A stretch of DNA of 62,564 bases, counting the filler, from Dirinaria sp. TL-2023a (lineage: Eukaryota): the NCBI GenBank assembly GCA_051941275.1. It is 4 parts of 4 records of this genome, joined end to end, with 100 filler letters (N's around TTAATTAATTAA, not from the genome) between each part and the next. Parts side by side here need not be neighbours in the genome. Positions count along the whole stretch, not along the records: positions 1 to 15,598 come from JAVEBF010000537.1; 3 more parts are not named here. The stretch is one strand, 5' to 3'. The position numbers and the translations under genes were made by a program. Within the stretch, counting starts at the first letter, position 1. Each line of letters opens with the position of its first letter. Positions 1-12,600 of the stretch are shown here, one piece after another. The notes under the pieces are model-generated. The model was not told the origin of the DNA and made no database searches. It was given only the letters and a program-made list of their open reading frames with translations.

Positions 1-146
1 CTCCTGATCCATTTGCTAAAGGCAAGTCGAAGCGACCGAGTCCGCAAGTCTGGGATCGACGTCATCTTCGATGTTTTGCCATACGGTTCCTTACCACAGT
101 TAAGGTAATCTTCCAATCTAAGTGCAACTTAGACCTTTCCATCGAT

Positions 147-819
147 ATGCTTTCAAGAAGCCTCCTTCCGCCGGTAAGCTCTCATATCGACTCATCGGAA
201 TCTTCGCTAAAACGCTCCAGCTTTACCGGCAAGTAAACAGGCCGGCAGGACCAGTGGCGGCAGCTTTCGCGAAACCTCACGTCTTCCGGCCAAGGCTTTC
301 ACAATTAAGACTTATATCGACTGAAACGCGCGCAGCTATTGACCAAGCTGTAAACTCAAATCCGGTGGTGCTGTTCATGAAAGGCACACCGGAAACGCCT
401 CAATGCGGATTTTCCAGAGCCAGCATACAAATACTTGGGCTGCAGGGTGTAGACCCTGCAAAGTTCTCTGCTTTCAATGTTTTAGAAGATGAATCACTAC
501 GGCAAGGTATGCAAAAGCCTCCCAGCGGTCTCCTTCCACTTGCTAAAAGCCGATGGCAGGTATCAAGGAATACTCGGATTGGCCTACAATACCACAGCTC
601 TATGTACGAAATGAATTCGTGGGAGGCTGCGACATCCTGATGTCGATGCATCAGAATGGAGAACTGGCTAAGCTATTCGAGGAAAAGGACGTGCTTGTTG
701 CTGCAGAAGGGAATGCCAACCCATCGGAACAGGAAAGACCAGCGGCTGAAGCGACAGCGGCCGAGACCACCGCTGAAGAAGAAACGCTAGCAGAGAAAAG
801 AACGCCCGGAAAGTCATGA
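147..819 (+). CDS. GRX5: Mitochondrial monothiol glutaredoxin (Grx5), 3 exons
   Basis: ATG 147. Introns ~174-220 and ~508-559 (GT..AG). Motifs [17 protein letters not shown] and [21 protein letters not shown]. Arg/Ser-rich presequence. Confidence 0.95.
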
Positions 820-1134
820 TCTCTTCATGCCCCTTTTTGCATAATGATCACATACCCACAATACAGGAGCGCGTTAGACTGTAGTATACGTTGGTTTTCT
901 GCTATTCATTTCGTCATAGTCATGAATGTAGAAAAGTAAGAAAAGTCTCGAATCAGTCCTTGAAGCTCTTTTCTTTAAGCCAGTCATGAAAATGCTACTC
1001 ATTTATTCAGCGTCGAGGAAATAACATTGTCCTGGATGCCAAGACCACGCTCTATGTACGACCATAAATCTCCGTTAGGAAGCTTCTAACAACATGTCCC
1101 TACAAGCTCTCTTTTCTGTATTGCCTACAAAGGT

Positions 1135-2043
1135 ATGGCAAAGGTCAAGCACACTACCGGGCATGATTCAAAGCCTGCCAGGCATGTCGTCTCGACGTCT
1201 CAGATCTTCAAGAAAGCCAAGAAGCCCGCCTCGCCAAAGTCCCGGCAGACGCGGGAGAAGACCTCCCTCAAGAAACCGTCTGACGTGGGGAAAGGTCGAA
1301 GCAAGGCAAAACGCCAAGTTGCGTCTGAAGATCCAGACTATAAGGCATTCAACGGTCGAATGTTCTACGGCTGCCCCATTGCTCTAGCTAACATGTTCCA
1401 GAGGCTATCGAGGCTTCCCGTGGCTTCATCCAGACAACGAATGCTGAATCCGTCGATGCCGTCCGCAACGACCTGAGCCAGCGCTTGGCTAAAATCAATG
1501 AAGACTTCTCCAACCAACTGAAAGCAGATAGCGCGACTGATCAAGCCATCTTTCAACCGCTCGGAAACGTCGAAATCCAGTACAACAGGAAAGACGGTAG
1601 TCTGGTTGGCTCAGCGCCACTCTCCGCGCGCATCAAATTGTACAAAAACGTCATTGCGACTGAGGAACGGGAACTAGAGTCCCTCTTCCACCAGTATACA
1701 CATGTGAACGAGGAGATCATCGCAGACGCAGAGGAAGCTCTTGGCACCAAGTGGACGGATATTTTGAATGCAAGCACAGTTGGCGAAAACCAAGCCATCT
1801 TCGGTAATGATCGGGCAGAGCTCGCAGCTGCACTGAAGGAGGTTCAGGATCGTTTCGTAGACTTGGCGGATAAGGCTGGTCAGCATCATCTGGATAAGAT
1901 GAAGGCTAGCGAGAAGGTACATGTAGTCAGAGGATCCTGAACCTGCTTCTCTGCATCTTGCTGACGAGGCCCGTCAGGAATTCGAGGTACACCGCAAGAA
2001 GCGCACAGGTGAAATATTGTCGTTACTGGATGAGGGAAGCTGA
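1135..2043 (+). CDS. Hypothetical protein, Lys/Arg-rich N-terminus and helical/coiled-coil C-terminus, 3 exons
   Basis: ORFs 1135 and 1485 join in frame via intron ~1355-1400 (CTAAC branch). Second intron ~1917-1977. Stop TGA 2041-2043. Confidence 0.65.
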
Positions 2044-2754
2044 AGTCTTGAGGAAACTGTCGTTTCTATTGGCTTCAGCAGAGGATTAATGGCTTTGAGA
2101 TTGGCTTAGTATAGAGGCTCTCTTGCATCGCTTGTTCGCTGTACGGATAGTTGCTCGTGAAGATGTTGGAGGCTTTGCAAAAACTTCGGACCTACCGGAT
2201 CATATGTAGGCATAGCATATAGCTTTATGAAAAATTGCTAGGCATGAATGCCACTAAATATAGAGAACTGAGCGTCGCTCCAAATTCGAAATTAACCATA
2301 ATAAGATTGTATATGCAATTGAGAACACGAACCAGACGTGCAGGAGAGAACCCGTTTTTCAATAATATGCGAGAGCAGATATATACGCTCTTATCCCGAC
2401 GATATCTTAAGAGGTTTTATGTACCTACTTACACGGAGTATGCGTAGGTACTCGCAGGCTCCCCAGATTATGAGCTTTGAATAATATGCATTGTTGCAGT
2501 ATCTTCGTAAATTATGAGCTTTCTACAGTATGGTATATGGTATACGATCCGGAATCCGTTTTTGGGACGTGGGAAGAAGGTTGGGTTGGATAGGAAAGAT
2601 CTCTGAAGCATTTCAAAAAGCCAATCTATATCCTAAAACGAAAGTAAATTCAACGACCAAATACATAGATTAATGCAATCAGGACATTTTCGAGTACTAG
2701 TAATAGAAGTCTAGAGATTTTTAAGGAATTGGCTGGTTCGAGGCGCAAAAAGGC

Positions 2755-2844
2755 GGGCGTCGCTGGGATTTGAACCCAGGACCTCTTACAGATTCTAGGT
2801 GAAATTATCCCAAAGCAAGAATTCTGCCACTGAACTACGACGCC
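2755..2844 (-). tRNA. tRNA-Pro(UGG) with 18-nt intron
   Basis: Reverse complement folds: acceptor GGCGTCG/CGACGCC, D-arm GTTCAGTGGCAGAAT, anticodon stem CTTGC/GTAAG with loop TT-TGG-G^T, T-arm CTGGG-TTCAAAT-CCCAG. Intron 2791-2808 at the canonical 37/38 position. T5 run downstream. Confidence 0.95.
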
Positions 2845-3628
2845 GTATAATTGAAAATTGCGTTTATTTAAAAAAATATTCTTAATTTGAATAAGTTATA
2901 AAGTGATGAAGTTCCCAAATCGACAGATTTTGAGGTTTCCATCGCCCGAGATGCAGAAATGCGTCAGCTTCCAAAAATAGAGTTTATTTAGAATGATGGC
3001 AGGAGTAACGTTCTGAATTGCCACAGCTGCGGAAACCCATTTTGGGTGATTTACTTTGCACAATCTGGATTCTAACTTGACGTGTGGGGAACATTACTCG
3101 AAAGCAGTGTCGTCAGAAAAGTCGAGCGCCGAGCGCATGAAATTTGGGTCTATAATGGGTTTTAAATATTCCTAGATCGAGTCTCTCAATATTATCCAAT
3201 GAATAAAAGTGTTAGTGCGAATTGCCTTGGCAAAAAGTCGGCTCGAAGCACCGCGACAAAATACGATTCCTCGATTTTACCTCTGATCTCAATAACCTAG
3301 GTGGCCAAAGCTTTCCCATCGTGTGGAATACTAATACATGGCTAAGCTCATTTGTGTGGTCCGCAATTGGCCTTGATTTGATTTATTGACTGTACTTCTC
3401 ATGATTTGATGATCGAACTTTCTCTCCTTCTGGCGCTGAGGCTTCAAGCGGCCAATGACCTATCGTTCAAATCCACATAATAATCCTACCGGGCTAGGCT
3501 TGAATATATCAAGCAGACTGTTATCGCAGCAGCAACCCGGAGTCGGCAAGATCTTCTTGAAGGCTATCTCCATGCCAATCCGGCGCAGAGAGATGTTGCT
3601 TCAAGATCTGAACGATTAAATTGCGAGC

Positions 3629-6304
3629 TTAGGAACTGATCAAGGATCCGGCCAGATACTCTTGGAATACCTGGGCACAGATGTCCAAGTGTGGGCCCCC
3701 AGCAACAAGATCTTTATAACGACTTCTAAATACTTCCTCCTGCATTTTCCTGCATTCACGAATCTCATCAAGAATATGCAAAGTCATCCATATATAACCG
3801 TGCTGGCACGAATCCCCATCCCTGATCAGCTCGTGCTCAATGCCAAGCTTTTCCCGAGCTCTTCTGTGAATTGTACCTAGAAGTTTGGTGCAAATCCGGG
3901 TCAGCTTGATATAGTCCAGGCTCATGATCGGGATGGTCTTAGAAAGCCACTCCCTGACCTGCGCCAACACCTCTACAGGTTTAAGTTGCTTTCTTGCAAG
4001 CCTCTTATCTGGCTTCTTCGAGCAGCGCTCTGCATCTTGAATCAAGCCTTCCAATCGATGGAGACATGAGGCCATGGGCTTCCTGTTAGCAATGTAGTCT
4101 TCGAGTATCTTTGATGTCTGGGAATCGGAAATCTCCGAACCTTTCAGAGTCCGAGGCTTAACCTTCCTCTTATTCCGGGCGAAGTGTTGGGCTGAGATTC
4201 CTAAGCCGATTGCAGCCCGGCTATAAAACTCGTTCGGTGCTTGCGAAAGTTGACCCGAGAATAGCTCAGCAAGATGAACTTGTATGAGTTCATTCATCTC
4301 TGGCCAGCACACTTCCAAGCTATCGGTCTGCCGCGCAGCATTGTACAGATGCGCTATGGCGAAGATGGTTTGGTGGTGATTTGCCAATGTAGTACCTGCA
4401 TGCTCCATGCCAAGGAGGATGTCGAACATCATGGTACCGCTGGCCAAAGGATTGTGCAGCCGTAGAAAGTTCGGATCCGTGGCGTGTTTGATCGGTTGTA
4501 GGCCTACCTTTTCCAAGTTGTTGGCTAAATGCGGAGGCAGTTCGGTCTCGATCCCTTTTGACTTATAATGCGCTTTTGCCTCCTCCATGAGCGCGGGAGG
4601 GAATTCGGAAAAGGGCTGGAACTGGTCAATCACATGAGCTTTCTCCGCCAACCACTTCTCCTTCATCAACGGAAACACATTTTTGATCGTCCAAAATTCA
4701 AGCATGTACCAAAGTTCCATCACATGCTCTGACTTCGTGCCTTTCCATCGCACCCCTCTGGGCGTTAGATTGTTACCCTCGACTGCCAAATCTAATGTCT
4801 TGTACGCAGCGCATCCAGCTTTCACCTGTTCTCGATAGCCTCGTGAGATGTCTTTACCCATGATGTCCCTGATGTCCAGCAGGACTCGTGCTGCAAACAC
4901 GATCCATGTGCTGACTTCACCTTCTCTTCTCAAACTGTAAAACCCCTTTGAGAGCTCATCCTGCGCTGACGCCTTTCGCCTCTTAGTTATCTCTATCATG
5001 GCTTTTGAGATGTCGTCATTCAGAGACATGTCCATCAGGAGTTGCGATAGAAACTCATCTTCCTGTTCCCACTTCTTGACTTGTGGAAGCTCCAGCAAGT
5101 CTGGTCGAGATATATATGACATCCGCACTGAAGGCACAGGCTGAGGGAATGCAATTTTCATTGCCGAGAGTTGTTCGAATTCGATGAGTATGCGGGCGGT
5201 CGATAAATAGACAAACTCGTCAAACGGTGTGATCTTAAGTTGGTCTTCGAACTCTTGCGCTTCATTGAGGGGGGCCTTTCCCCCTTTAAGCGAATCAACA
5301 TAGAATATGAGCGCAGAGATGGCTTCATATGAGCGTGGCTTCCCAAGCAAACCGGGAGCTTGGCTGATAACGTCCTCTTCGGCTCGGCGAACGAGATCAA
5401 AAGCAAAATTCGTCGTCATTGTGCAAGTCATTAGATCGAGTCTGCCTTCTTTGTACTCCCGCCATGTCGCCTTCAAAAGATCCTGAATTCGATGCAAGTC
5501 TTCAAAAAAGCAAAAGACGATAAAGCCCAACTCGATACTGAACTCATCAACAAGCTCCCAAACCTCGCTTTCCTCCAGCGGTCTGGGTTGCGGCTTCTTC
5601 GGGCCATTCTTGGATTGGAGTGTGACCTCGGGAGCGGTGATCTCGACGTCGTTGTCAGTATCCTCAATCTGTAACATTCGGAATCGGTTGTTCAAGTCCT
5701 CGTCGAAGGTTCGTGCACGTTGCTGAGCCTGCGTGGCCTCGGCCTTCTTAGCACTGGGTTGATGCCCACTGCTCATAAGTGGTTCATCATTGTAGCATGG
5801 CTTCAATATACTCAAAGCTTGCTCCAAGACACCGATGAAATGGGCATGGCCCTCTGTGGATACCTTATCCTTAGACTCGGTCTCTGTAAACCAGTTTGAG
5901 CATCGTTTTCGAGCGTTTATCGCCCGACGAGCTACCCGTAGAACATCTTCAGGCATACGTATATTCGACTTCCCCGACTTCCCCACTGCTTCAGCCTGCT
6001 CAATCAGATTTTTGGTCGTCAATTCGTACTTTGAAATCTATACGGGCTTTTGCTGCGCATTCTGACCGCCTTCACTGTTTGCAGCAGTAGCGGCTTGGGC
6101 TTTGGCGTCTTTCCTTGCCTTGCCTTTCAGTCGGGGACCCGCAGGCTTAAGATCAGCGGTCGCCGCCGAGACCGGTTTTGTTTCACGTTTCACACCGACC
6201 GTTTTGAAGCCGCAAGCTCTTGCTGCTTGAGAGAGCCAGGTCGTGAAGACATTGGTGTCTTCCTTGTAGCGCTGGTAGCTACTGTAAAGAAGCTCGGGTA
6301 TCAT
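3629..6304 (-). pseudogene. DUF6604-like protein (~890 codons) interrupted by one in-frame TAG at 6038-6040
   Basis: N-terminus YQRYKEDTNVFTTWL..A..CG, then RRAINARKRC..WF, GHAHFIGVLE and NRF..L.IE, which I recognise as typical of the DUF6604 family. ORFs 6038-6304 and 3629-6022 are in the same frame (KPV*ISKYELTTK). Confidence 0.7.
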
Positions 6305-7230
6305 CGCCTTTGCTTTGGGGTATGGATTGTGGGCCTACGAGAAGGGATTTACAAATATGGGGTGGTGTGTGATGTTGCTTGGAAGTAGAAGTGGAGGTGT
6401 AAGTATGTAATGCATAATCAGGTGTTCATTATGTATTTTGAACATAAATCAACACAACATTGATCGCTGTGCGACAAGAAACAGGAGTATCCCATTGGTC
6501 AATTCAATGTTTTCATAAAAGCTACCTACGGAGTTAATCTAGGGTTAGGGCTAATTCCTTGGCATTTTTTTCTCCCCCTCAGAGGGAGCTACTGACTAAT
6601 TTTGTTGCCAAGAGAACATTCTTGGAGTCTTTCTTGAATACAATACGAAGTGCTTTGCCTTCACCAGTACTGGATCAAAGCCCTTCTTGACGATCAGTTG
6701 TCCCATTGTCAGACATGGTACACGACATATTATTAATACTGCGAGAAATCTAAGATGCTGAGTGTCGACAAGTCCAAGGATCCGAAACAGGCCCGATATC
6801 GGATCTAGCCGGATTGCGTACGCTTCGTGTAAACAGGCATCGACAGGACACAGTCAGACAGTGCACTATCCCCGGTGCTAGGCCTTGACCATGCGCTCAA
6901 ACTGATTGAGTCCGGGGTGATATTGAAGCTGACACGAGCATTCAAAAAAGTGCTTAGATATCATCAGAGATCCTCTGGGTACCTCTACTCATATAGGCCC
7001 GGTTTAAAGTTCACTCCTTAGCCCGATTTTCTTGGGCGAGCTTCATAGATAAACTTCCTGCAGCGATCCTTTGTATCATAAATTGCTGTGTCCCGCAAGG
7101 ATGTGAAGGATTGTACTTTGCATCACACTCGACTCATTTTTGCTTTGCAATTTAGCATTGCAAATCCTCTTTTCTAATTTCCTCTCACTTCTCTTTGGCA
7201 AGAACCACTAAGCAGCCCACAGCAACAGTG

Positions 7231-8659
7231 ATGGCCCCGTCAACCGTGACACCGCCAGAGGTACCTCTGGCAGTCAATGGATTCACCAAGTCGGGCGTCA
7301 GTAATACGATCAAAGAAATTGCGCCCTCATTGGCCTCCGAAAACCCTGCGTCCCCGCTCCAACAACTCGATGCCTCAAAGCTTACCTTTACCCGCAACCC
7401 AAATCCCAAGGCTGTTCCCGAACCTGGGAGTGCAGAGGAAGCAGGCATGGCTGTGTAAGTAGCAACTCTCAAAGGTCCTCTTCCAGATCAGAGTCGGTAG
7501 CGCCTGGCCCGCAGTAGGGATCCGAAAGTCAATGCTGATCCAAATTTCGGCAGGTCTACCGACCACATGATAACCTCCAGCTGGACCTCCTCAACAGGCT
7601 GGTCGAACCCGACGCTTATTCCCTACGGCCCCCTTTCGCTCCCTCCCACTGCCTCAGCTCTGCAGTATGCGACAACCTGCTTCGAAGGCCTGAAATTCTA
7701 TCGCGGGCATGACGGGTGCCTCCGCTTATTCCGCCCCCTGCTGAATTGCGAACGCATGCTCAGCTCTGCGGCCCGCATTTGCCTTCCAAATTTTCCACCT
7801 CGCGAACTGCAGAAGCTGATCGAGGCTCTCGTCAGCGTTGAAGGCGAGAAGTGGCTTCCAAAGAGCCGACCCGGTAGCTTTATGTATCTTCGCCCAAGCC
7901 TGATAGCCACGGATCCTTCGCTCGCTGTGCAAAAGCCACAACAGGCTCTCCTGTACATAGTCGCAACCTGCTTTCCTTCTTATGACGAGCCAGTACTGAA
8001 GGCGCCAGAGCCGGGCTTAAAACTCCTAGCTAGCAGAGAGGACACGATCCGCGCATGGCCGGGAGGCTTCGGATACGCCAAGGTAGGGGCAAACTACGGT
8101 CCTTCCCTAGTAGCACAAGCCGAAGCGAAAGAGAAAGGCTTCCATCAGATATTGTGGCTGTTTGGTCCGGACTGTGAAGTCACGGAAGCCGGGGCTAGCA
8201 ACTTCTTTATAGTGTGGAAAACAAGAGATGGGAGGACAGAGCTAGTGACAGCGCCGCTACAAGATAAGATCATTCTAGATGGAATTACGAGGAGGAGTGT
8301 TCTCGAACTAGCGAAGGAGAGGCTGAGCGGTGAGGTGGAGATTGTTGAGAGGAAATACGGAATGAACGAGCTGGAAGAGGCTATTGAAGAAGGCAGAGTG
8401 GTGGAGGCTTTTGCATCAGGGACTGCGGTATGCACTTGTGTAGTCTATTGTTCTTTGGCAGACTGGTCAACTGACAGCCTTGTAGTACTTCATTACGCCA
8501 GTTTCGCTTATCCGCTTCCGCGGCAAAGACCTCTGTATACCCATGGCCGAAGGCAACACAGGCAAGAACGCAAGGATCCTAAAGGAGTGGTTATTCGCAA
8601 TCAAATACGGCCCCATCGAGCACCCATGGGCTGTGGTAGTTGACGAGAGAAGCATTTGA
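7231..8659 (+). CDS. Branched-chain amino acid aminotransferase (PLP fold IV), 3 exons
   Basis: Motifs LQYATTCFEGLK, RLFRP..NCERM, YLRP, GYAKVGANY (PLP Lys), VTEAGASN, ILDGITRRS, FASGTA. Introns ~7456-7553 and ~8428-8487. Last exon ends HPWAVVVDERSI*. Confidence 0.93.
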
Positions 8660-9622
8660 ATTTGGTCACCAAATCAGATAGGCTTTGTAGCATAGGACGA
8701 TTTTAGAATTTAGGGAAAGCACGTCAAGGGAAAGCTTGGTCCCAGATAGTACCCTTCATAGTGCATACAACTTAAGATGACCCAAAAACGCTGATGATGG
8801 TCGATCTATCCTTTCAAACATTATCCCAGCGAAGTCTGTATTCCTATGGATGGCGACCGCAGTAACCAGCTGATGATGCTTGATTGGGTCCGTCTCTCTC
8901 TCATCAAGCTGGGTATTTCAAGTACCACTGGCCCGTAGAATACTAGAAACACTCAAAAAGATGTGAGACGGGACGGTTCATTCATTTATATCTTGTCACA
9001 CTGAGTCCATGTCTGGATTCGATCGAGGAAGATAGATACGGTGAAGCGCATGCGATAGCAATCTGCGCATTTATTTCCATTTCTAGTACATTTCTGCGAC
9101 CTTATGAATACCTCATTTGACTTTGATTATTACGGGAGGATGTGCAAAGTCTAGTATAATGTGGTGAATATTTATCTAAATTATTGCCGCGAATCAGGTG
9201 TCGAGGTGTAGGGTCATCCGTAGTAATTCAAGTCCTTAGTGTCTCTTGAAGAGGATCAAAGTCCCATTCGACCGTTCTATACAATCTAATATTCTTGAAG
9301 TTATCTGGATGGTACCTTATCTACCTTAGAGTGTGTAGAGAAAGAAAGGCAGGGCCACAAATATTTAATGTAGGTTGTGGGACCTTTCAAGCCCTAAATT
9401 AAACCTCAGAAGCATGAATCGCATATCGGCTCAACACTAAAGGCGCCAAGCCTCACTCAAAGTGTCCCAATTTTTCTGCAGAGAGGGGAGGGATCGGATA
9501 TGATTTTGGCGCAAGGGGCCTTCTACGCTGATCTGTTTTCTTTCTCGTCCCTACTCCGAGCAATGAGCATGCAAGAAGACGCGGATTGAACGAGTGTCCG
9601 AGAACGAGGACGAGCCTTCATC

Positions 9623-12600
9623 ATGATTTCTTCAGCGTCACAACTCCCCCTTTTCAATCCAACGTCTAATTCAGGCTTCGCTCGAACTGAGTATAGCGGG
9701 TTATCCTTGCATCAGGTCAGTGGTCCCGAAAATCTGCTCTGCTACCGCATTCTCACTATTTCGAACTGGAGTAGGATGATCTTGTTAAAACTTGTTCCGC
9801 CCGGTTCGGGCTCTCCTGTGTCTCGCTTCTTCCTGCTTTGATGACTGCGATTATCATTTGTGTTGCTATTTTCCGAGCGCACTGTCACTATCGGCCTCTT
9901 TTCTTAAGATCATTCGTTGTAGAGCATGCAGAGCACGACATGTTTTCGAATTCTGTAACCAAAGGATCGAAATGGGCGCCCTTACCACTTTTGCTCTTCA
10001 TGCCAACTTGCGCTCTACTCATGCGCATAGTAGCCGCGGTTTTCTTTCGGCTAAATCTAGACATGCTCATAGCTGTTATTGTTTGGGTAATCTTCCTTTA
10101 CAATCATCATTGAGTAGAAATGACGGAGCCTGACCAGCTAGGCATTGATGATACTCCTGACCCTCGTTCAACGCCCGAAAACCGCCCCGTTAGGCCTGAT
10201 TGCTGTTGGAGCAACCATTGTTGTGACTGACTCTGCTTTATTAATGAACAATTCCTTCCATCTGCGATATCTTTACATCTCTTGTGCCTTTGAAGGATTT
10301 TCTGCGCTATGTTTGGTCATTGTGGGCTTGCGCATGCCACTGCGAAACCCTACATGGCCAAACCATCAGATCAGTCCCGCAAACGAAAAGCCTAGCAGTG
10401 ACCTTCGAAGTCCAGAGGACAATTTAACGCTATGGCAGTTCATGACTGTCTCCTGGATGTCGCCCCTGATCCGCACAGGTTACTCTAGACAGTTAAATGA
10501 CGATGACGTGTGGAGTTTAGGATATGAATTCCAGCACGATCTTCTACATAATCAGTTCGCGGACTTAGGAGGCTCCGTTACGAAGAGGCTTCTCGTAGCC
10601 AATAGTCAAGATATTGTTATCAACTTTGTGCTTGCGGTAATTGAAACAGTGGCTAGTAAGTCAAACTTCATCCAGCAGTCGAATATAGTGTGCACTCTAT
10701 TTCATTGAGTTCGAGCAAGTTGAAGGCGAACGAAGAATTTGTAGTAGAAAAGAAAATCGTGTTGTAAAGATCAGAGACCTCGATACACCTTTAAAACTAT
10801 ATCAGTGGCAAGTATTACATACAGACTGCTAAGATATGACAGACCTTGCCGGACCAGTGCTACTACAACAGCTTTTACAATCCATGGAAGACCGGAACGC
10901 ATCTTCTAGCCAAGCAACCAAGTACGCGATTCTGACACTTTTTGCTCGACTTATCGATTGTCAAAGTAGTGTCTTTAGCTTGTGGTTTAGCAGACGCTGC
11001 TACGAAAGATCAAGAGGCGAAATGCTGACGATGCTACATGCCAAAACGCTGTCACGGAAGAGATTCGGCAACTCTGCGCAGTCTGCAATAACTAGTGATG
11101 ATGAAGACTCGAACAATTTCCACCCTTCAAAGACCGAGAGCAGCGGACCATTACGAGCGCTGTTGGCAAGAATAGAACAGCTTGTTAGAAACAAACGAAA
11201 GCAAGAGCATAAGCCTACAGCGCCTACTTCCACAGGCAAGCTCTTCAATATGATGCGGTGTGTCAATCAATCACTACTGGTATGGAAGTGAAGCCACTGA
11301 CAACGTGGAAAGGAATGATGTTTATGAGATATCTCAGAGGTAAGTCCTCCTACAGTGCGAGAAATTCAGGAGGTAGACATACCTAGAGCTCAGGGACCGA
11401 GAAGGAGCGATTATAGTGGCCTCAGTTGCTCGCTAACCTATTTTAACGTTAGATTTTGGGAGATCCAAACCCTCGTTACGACACCTCTGAACTTGATATT
11501 GTCGATAATTCTAGTATGGAAGCTCATTGGCTGGCCGTGCTTGGTGGGAGTCAGTACGATTCTGATTGCGCAAGGCATCAATGCATTGCTCACGCGAGCA
11601 TTACTTAAGTGGGAGCGAATCAGAAGGTCAGCCACCGATGGAAAACTGCAGAAGATAACGCAATTCATTGAGGCCATTCGTCACCTGCGTTGGTATGGCT
11701 GGCAAAAGTTCTGGCAGAGAAGTATCATCGAAGCTAGACAGCGTGAGCTGTATCTTCGAGTGGTCACAAGCCTCTGGCGGATCTTGATCAGTTTCACGAA
11801 TAATCTTTCAAGCGGGATGTTTCCTGTTGTAGCATTTTGGGCATACGTCACGCTGGCCGGCAAACCTTTACGCGTGGACGTTGCTTTCCCTGCGTTGCAA
11901 CTTTTCACAATGTTGGAGAGCAGCCTTCGAATAGTACCCCTCCTAATCACCATATTTTTAAACGCCAAAATAGCCATGGATCGGATCGAAGGTTTCATGC
12001 GTGAACCAGACAAGGAGGAGTCAAACGACTTTAATCCTGATACACGAATTTTCAAGTCAACAAGGAGCCTAGCAGGCGAAGTGGACCTTGCAACTCCGGA
12101 CCAATACCCTCTCGTGCTGGACAAAGCATCATTCAATTGGCCGGGTACGTCGAAATCGGTACTCAACGACATCAGTCTTCAATGCCCTATGGGTATAACT
12201 CTGGTTTGCGGTAAGGTTGGTGTCGGGAAATCATCTCTATTACAAGGATTACTAGGCGAGATGGATATGCATCGCGGTTCAATTTCAAGAAGTCACGCTG
12301 CGATAGGATATTGCAGTCAAACCCCTTGGCTGCAGAGCATGAGTATCAAAGAGAATATCACATTCTTCTCACCACATGATGATGATCGCTACAGCCATGT
12401 TCTAAAAGCTTGTGCATTGAATAAGGACTTATCTGCCTTCAAGTATGGAGACTTATCAAACATTGGAGAGAATGGCATTGGACTCTCCGGCGGTCAGAAA
12501 ATGCGTGTTGCTCTTGCAAGAGCTCTTTACAGTCAGGCTAAGATACTCCTGCTCGATGATCCGCTTTCTGCTCTAGACCAGCAGACAGCTGAGTCTGTTG

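Noticed and set aside
6540..6551. TAGGGTTAGGG telomere-like sequence
   Set aside because: Under two full units, internal, and expected by chance.
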